64,000 nucleotides of DNA from NCBI RefSeq assembly GCF_009914755.1, contig NC_060931.1; one strand, 5' to 3'. Numbering within the stretch: position 1 is the first letter of the stretch; each line of letters starts with the position of its first letter. Under the pieces are notes generated by a model. The model searched no databases. It worked only from the letters and a program-made list of their open reading frames with translations, and had not been told where the DNA came from. This DNA comes from the human T2T-CHM13v2.0 reference genome, Homo sapiens. The position numbers were made by a program, and so were the translations under genes. This document shows positions 57,586 to 64,000 of this stretch, piece after piece.

Positions 57586-60500
57586 AAAAGCTTGATCTTC
57601 GTGTGTAATCCACACTTTGGTGAGAATTGATGCTGAGGTTTAGCTTGGTTAAAAAAATCTTTTGAGTGAAGTTAAGATTTTCATTGTATTAATTGTATGA
57701 AATAGAGAAGGACATATATAATATAATATAATTATTTTGCTTATTATTTTAAACAGAAAAGTTAAAATTATTTAAAGTTTTCTTTCGCTTTTTCAGTGTC
57801 AATAGTGCCTTTATTTTGTAGTTGAAAAACATCACTAATGTTGGAACAGAATCCATAATGGGAAGACTAAACACTGTTAATACTCCGAAGTTTGGTGTCA
57901 ACCTCCTCTTAGCTGCATTTTTTAAAACTATGTCTAAGGAGCCAACAGTTCATTAAGACATCATGAGTCATCCATTCTTTTCCCTTTTTCCTTTACCATC
58001 ATTTTTCCCTTGGCAATAGAGAATATAATTTTAACTGAATTTTGATTTAGTATATATAGAAATGAATCTAATGCTTTGCCATTTTTGTTTTGTTTGGAAC
58101 CTGTTAAGAGTTCAAAGTTTAATAATACATTCTAAGTGATGTTTATATATGTGTAGTAAAAGCCTTTAAGGGCATTTCTAATATCATGATTCCACTTTAT
58201 CAGGGAAATGTCACACTCTACGCATAACTTTAAAGAAAACAATTTTGGGCCAAACACTGAATTTAAACTAACATTGTTTATCTTTGACAAATATTTCAAT
58301 ATTTTTTTCTGTGAAAAATGCTGGTGTCATCTAAAAAGACAATTATATCTTTCTCACTTATCATATTCAGTCTGGAGTCATTCCTGTTTCACTTAACTCA
58401 TTTGTGGAAGTGGATACAGCACTAAGACCACAATATAATTATACATCTTGCTGCTTTAAGAGGCTTTTAGTTTTAAGAAGAGATTACTTTCCACTTCAGA
58501 ATAGAAGTAGATATTTTTCAGTGCCATATTTGTCCTAGATCCAGCTGTGCTTCCTAGGTATCTGGTTTACGTTATCTTTGATAAGCAGAGTAGTGTCCTA
58601 ACGTCAAATAAGGTCATGTGATACATTTGGCTGATGTTAGGACTCAACACCTATGCTAATTATTAGCTGCAGCTTTATACATCCTGGGGTCCACATAATT
58701 TGTCATCTCTCAAATACCAGCTCATGTACACAGAACAATTCTTTAAACACAGACACAGAAAACCACCATTTCAAAATAATTATTTTAACCAAATACAACT
58801 GTAATTCTGCAGTTTTGAAATGTGTCACTTTCCCCAAAGGAGCTTCTGGGAACATTGCCCAAATCAGACTTTTATCTACTGAAACGAAACTTGAAATTTA
58901 GAAAAGATGAATTCATTGCCACACATGTATGCCATTATATAACAAATAAAGGACATCACATCATCCTTACAGTGTTTGGATTGGTTGAGTTACTAAGCAA
59001 TCTTAAATAAGAAAAGGACATTTTCTTCAAATTAAGAGTTTTCCCTCAAAGACTCAGTTATGAAATATTCCAAAGCTAAGGGAGAAACTGTCATTAGATC
59101 AGAAAAAGAGATATTCATGATCACTATTTTTTAACTTTGCCAAAACGTCTCTTGACTTTTTATCCAAGTTTTGAGAAGCAGCACTATAAAACAAATACAT
59201 AGATAATTTAATTATTTCACTTATAAGGAACATAAGTGATATATCCATATATTTGCATATTTATGTCTATTTATGTATCTGTCCTTATCCTCATTAATCT
59301 TTATGCCAGGTCAATATACTCTGAAACACTTTGTAATAATCTCATAAAACTAAAGTGAATAATTTCAATACTATTAAGTACAAGTATCATTGGTGATATG
59401 TAATTTGAGACTGCACAGGTAAGAATATCACAAAAACAAATCCTTTGGAAGTTTAATATTTGTAGATGAATTCCAGGCTCATAAGGGACAAAAGTTGATG
59501 TGTATAAAGGTCCTACTGAAAATAGGTTATATTCTTATAAATTATGTGATTTAAAACATAATTATCAATTTGTACTATATATCATCAACAATAAATTAAA
59601 CATTTAAAAATGCCACTTTTATCCTATTGTAATTCTCCTCAGAAAAATTACTAACCCCTAAGTGTCTACAGGAAAAAAATATTTTCCTGGTATGAAACGA
59701 ATTTATTTTATCACATCCCCCATTCCATCTTTACTACTTTCTTTGATTATGTTCCTACCTAAATTATCACAATTTGTCATATTTGTTAACTTCTGTACAT
59801 TCTATCCCTTTCGTTTGCCAGTCATCCCTGGTATACTACGTGTACAGACTTTGTAAAAATTCAGGGCCATGGAAAGTTCTGTTTTGTTGGTGTCACTGGC
59901 CTCCTTTAACATGGAGGCAAGCTTGATAACTTTACCTTTGAAGCCATGCCAAAGACTGAACCCTGCTACTCCTAGGGAAGCTCATGGACACTATCACTGA
60001 ATGTAGGTAATGTTAACATTCTTGAGAAGGAGGTGGGTCTATTTTCTGGTGTCCTTGAGTTCCCCTTTCATCAACGTCTCTTCTCTAAAGTTTTAGACCC
60101 ATTGGGCACCAGGGAATAGGTGTATTTAGGACCTCTACATACATTAGAATCCAAATTCCTTATCTTTTAATAATTTTTTTTAACAACACCATACTAATTT
60201 AATGATTTTTCATTATTCTTCTGCCAAAACCAGAGACTCAAAATGAGGTGAAGACAGAGGTGGGTGAAGCTTCTTTGAGCACTTAGAACTATAATCATTT
60301 GGCACTTCTTTCTGCTCCTTCCATAACAGACAGTTGTAAATATCATCACACCCTGAATCACATGAAAAGTGGAATCATAAGTTACAATCTAAAAATAAGA
60401 GAAAGGGACTGGAAAACTGCATAGTTATGTAATTCACCTTTGTATAGCTTCTCAAGTAAGTTTTAGATTTTTTCAGTTGTGGGTGGCTCTGTTCAGTATC

Positions 60501-62734
60501 TGAAGGCTAAGCGATCTCAGTTCAGAATGCTTGTGGCTCCCCAAAAGTGAATTTTCTTATCTTATTATCTTTGCCATAATTCTTATCTATGGACTTTGAG
60601 AAAAGCCTATTATGCCTGGTGTTTGTATTCCAATAGTCCTTCTGGGAATAATTCCCTTCTTATATACATAATATCTTCATCTCCACTAGAATCTCTTGTT
60701 ATTTTTTAAAGAAAGGATAGCTCACAAATCTTTATCACTTATTGTAAGAGTATAACTGTACTTGAGTATGTTAGACGTAATTGGATCCACTTTTCCTGTT
60801 TCAAGATGAAGAATTTATCAAGAGTATTTCTCAGCTTTCTGGTCTGTGTTTATATCTAGCTTGGCTGAATCCATTTTTGTAGTCAGTTCTGTTCACTAAA
60901 TTCTCTGTTATTTCTTTTCTTCCTCCTAACTTACGTATTCCCTTTTTCTTCTTTACTGTTTACTTTATCTCCTTCACTGGGACATGGATTAAACCTAATA
61001 GCCACTCATTTTTCATTTTTTTCTGTCACACTTTTAATCATCACAAATTAGCCATTAGAAACATGGCTAATTTGACATTAAACATTGTCATGCTCTTCCT
61101 ACAATGAAAGTTATATAGACAAAAAGATTTTAAAAATTTACACATTTTAAACTAATTTTAAGTTAGCAATATCGATGATGCCAATGTAATATAAAGGATA
61201 TGATTTACCATTGAGTAAATTGCAAACTAGCTAGAAATAGAATAAAGCAAACACACTGATTAGGCAAACAACAACGTAAAGCAGAATAAGGACTAGATAT
61301 TTTTAAGAAATGGCCCCTGGCTAGGTTCTTATTGATAATGGAAATTTTTAGGTCTCTCTACTAGCTGAAATTTGTAATGTCTGTCCTGATCTACATAGTA
61401 TTGATAAAATTAAGCAGGCTTAACATGTGGGCCTTACAACCAAAGTGTATATGCAGGGTTTAAGCAACCACAAAGAAAGACTTTGGTTCTGGTTTTCTCA
61501 TCTCTCCCTTGTCCATATCACCTCCACTTTTTGATCCTAGGCCAAAGAGAACTCCCTAAGGTCAGGGCTTTTGGTCACGTGAGTCCGACAGATAGAGAAA
61601 CAGTGAATAGGGAGAGGATTAGTTCTTCTGAGACTGATGCGAGGTATCTACTTTATGGGCTTACAAGTTGATTTAAATGTGAACAGGTCTCCCTTAGAGA
61701 GTCAGAGGCTTCTGTTATCCTTCTATATAGGAGCTTCCCATCAGCTTGCATGGACACTTTGTTTGAGTGATCGTTTCTTGATGTTAGGGGATGCAGCATA
61801 TATAAATTTACAAATTTTCTATGTTTTAACCTTATCCAAGTTTTTCTATGGAAACTATCTATTACACATTTATTCACTATTAGACAACAGAATTCTGTTG
61901 TATCTGGACAGAATAGAACTTCTGAACCCAGTGCTCAGACAAGACATAAGATAGTTAATAGCTCACTTTTATTATTACTAGCCAGTTAATGCTTGCAATT
62001 AAAAGTTTATGGGTTTCAGTTTTTAGGAAAGTCTTATATAGAAGGAATATTTATTCAAAAACAATAGTGAGGTGTATCTTTAAAAATGAACTTTTGGAAA
62101 AGGTCTTAGTACTTCACAGGTGAAGTGATGCAAAGCCTGGAGTCAGCAGATATAATCTTAGTTCTGCACAGTAGCTCATCTTCACCTCAATAGCCTGAGT
62201 GACATAATAGGTAAGTAATTTAAAATTATAGAGTGCCATAAAATTTAGAACATAGAAATGATTGTTGGTTATTAATAGTAATGTGTTTTTGTTCAGACAA
62301 GGCTATTTAGAGCAAAATATAGTAGTAAGATGTAGGAAAGTTTCACTGTGGACCTGGGTCCTGAGGTAGGCTAAAAAAGAGAATAAGACTTGGATAAGCC
62401 ACAGAGAATGGAAAGATATTAAAGATTGAGGAAGCAGAATGATCATAGCCTCTTAGGCTGAACTGAGCAGATTGTCTTTGGGGGACAGTGAGATGAATGG
62501 ACAGCTGGCATTAAAAGTGTGTTGAAAGAAGTGAGAAAAATATGCCACACCTCTGATTAAAGAGACCTTTTCCCTAAAGAGGTTGTAAAGATACATTAGA
62601 TTGCTATGACCAAAAATAAAAGAGGGAACTGATGAAGTATACATTAAATTGTTCCCCATGTCAAATATCAGTCAAAATTTTTAAAGTTCTTTCTACAGGT
62701 TAGGGAGGCCACTTTCATTTATTGCCACATGTAG

Positions 62735-62920
62735 CACTTTTTAACAACCACAGAATGTAAGGCATATTATTTTCTCAGTTTTACATGTAGACCAAAGCTG
62801 AAAAAAATGTTAGTTAACTTGCTAAAGGTCACAAAAATGGGGAGAAATAGAACTGGTAATTGAACTCAGGCATTTTTAGCTTGAGTACAGATTCTTAATC
62901 ATAAAGCTACACTGCTTCTC
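62735..62920 (-). mobile_element. MIR
   Basis: tattatttttctcagttttaca...ttaacttgctaaaggtcaca...ttgaactcaggc. Confidence 0.65.
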
Positions 62921-63229
62921 TCAGCTAAAAGACTAAATGATAGTATATATGAATAATGAATAATTAGCACCCTAGAACTCACACTGATGTAATCATTCTT
63001 AGAATAAAATATTTCAAATGCATAAGCAAGAATATAGAGTATTTTAATAATTACTCTTACACCCAGGCTTTAGAAAATTTAATCCTGTATTACATTTGTT
63101 TTAGATCATTTCAAAACTAAAGAAAATATTATAGGTATAGTTAAAGCCTTCTGGAATTTCTTATATAAATTAATATAATTAATTATATAAATGGCATGCT
63201 AAACTTAAAATATTTTTGAGGAGTGTACA

Positions 63230-63699
63230 TGATTTTCCCTATAGTGCTTGTTTATTCATTTTAATTTCTGTAGGGTCTTCTATTTTATGGATAGACCAAA
63301 ATTTTCCTAATCACTTACCCATGATAAATAAGTTGATTCTAATTTTTCTGTATTACACACAATGCTGTCATGCATACAAGGGACACTGACAACAACTTTT
63401 TTTTACTGTCAGCATGTGCAAGATTTTCACAGACATATAGATCAAGAGGTGGAATCCCTGGATCCTAGAATATGAGTATCTTCAGCTTTATTAAATGTTG
63501 CCAGATTACTCTCCAATGTGAGAGGATCTATATACATTCTTACCAGCAGTGTTTGAGGGTTTCTATTTCTCCATATCTTAGCCAACTCTTCCTACTTTTA
63601 GACTTCTATTTTTTTAACCCAATGGGTATTATATTATTATTATATTATTCTATTTTCATTTACCCAACAAGTTATGAGATAGAGAAACTTTCATATATT
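63230..63699 (-). mobile_element. L1ME 3' remnant
   Basis: gtatcttcagctttattaaatgttgccag...tacattcttaccagcagtgtttgagggtttctatttctccatatc. Confidence 0.65.
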
Positions 63700-64000
63700 T
63701 GTTGGGAGAAAATTCTACATGGGTCAAAGATCCTCATGTTTTGAATATCCTGCAAGCAAGGCTGTGATGTCTTTGCTTGGGACTATCCTTTAAAAGATGT
63801 TTGTAAAGATCAGTCTTAGAAGACAGACACCATTTCCCTGTGGAGCAAAGGGCAGACAGACTTACTACCCATTATAAAGAATTTTGACTCCCAAAACTCA
63901 GGGTTCCTCTCCTGTAATGCAATCCATTGTATATTCAAGTGTTATCTGGCAGTCTTTGCATTGCCTTGTTAATATCTGAGCTCAGGGAACCAGCACAAAA
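63700..64000 (+). mobile_element. ERV LTR (MER21/MER68/MER77-like), cut by the window edge
   Basis: Starts tgttgggagaaaattctacatggg; tggagcaaagggcag...tataaag...ctcagggttcctctcctgtaatgcaa. Family name uncertain. Confidence 0.6.

Overview
Primate (hominoid, human-like) genomic DNA, AT-rich and mostly interspersed repeats. It holds a full-length but inactivated young L1 (L1PA2/PA3-type, minus strand, 1487-7512), a full-length L1PB carrying three nested insertions (11.0-21.0 kb), an internally deleted L1MA, many old L1M/L2/MIR fragments, Alus, MaLR LTRs (THE1/MST/MLT), ERV1 LTRs and a MER30 DNA transposon. Almost all ORFs in the supplied track are repeat-derived or chance. The best non-repeat signal is a pair of phase-compatible minus-strand exons (~24.3 kb and ~23.3 kb) with a stop codon and a poly(A) signal near 22.9 kb. 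These look like the 3' end of a protein-coding gene that I cannot name, so 24.4-64 kb is probably intronic. I see no evidence of a novel multi-gene system. The interesting items are retrotransposition and repair scars (3' transduction, template jumps, fold-back palindromes), an extended L1 ORF0, and candidate splicing features. Repeat subfamily names are from recall of consensus sequences, not a database search; boundaries of old elements are approximate.
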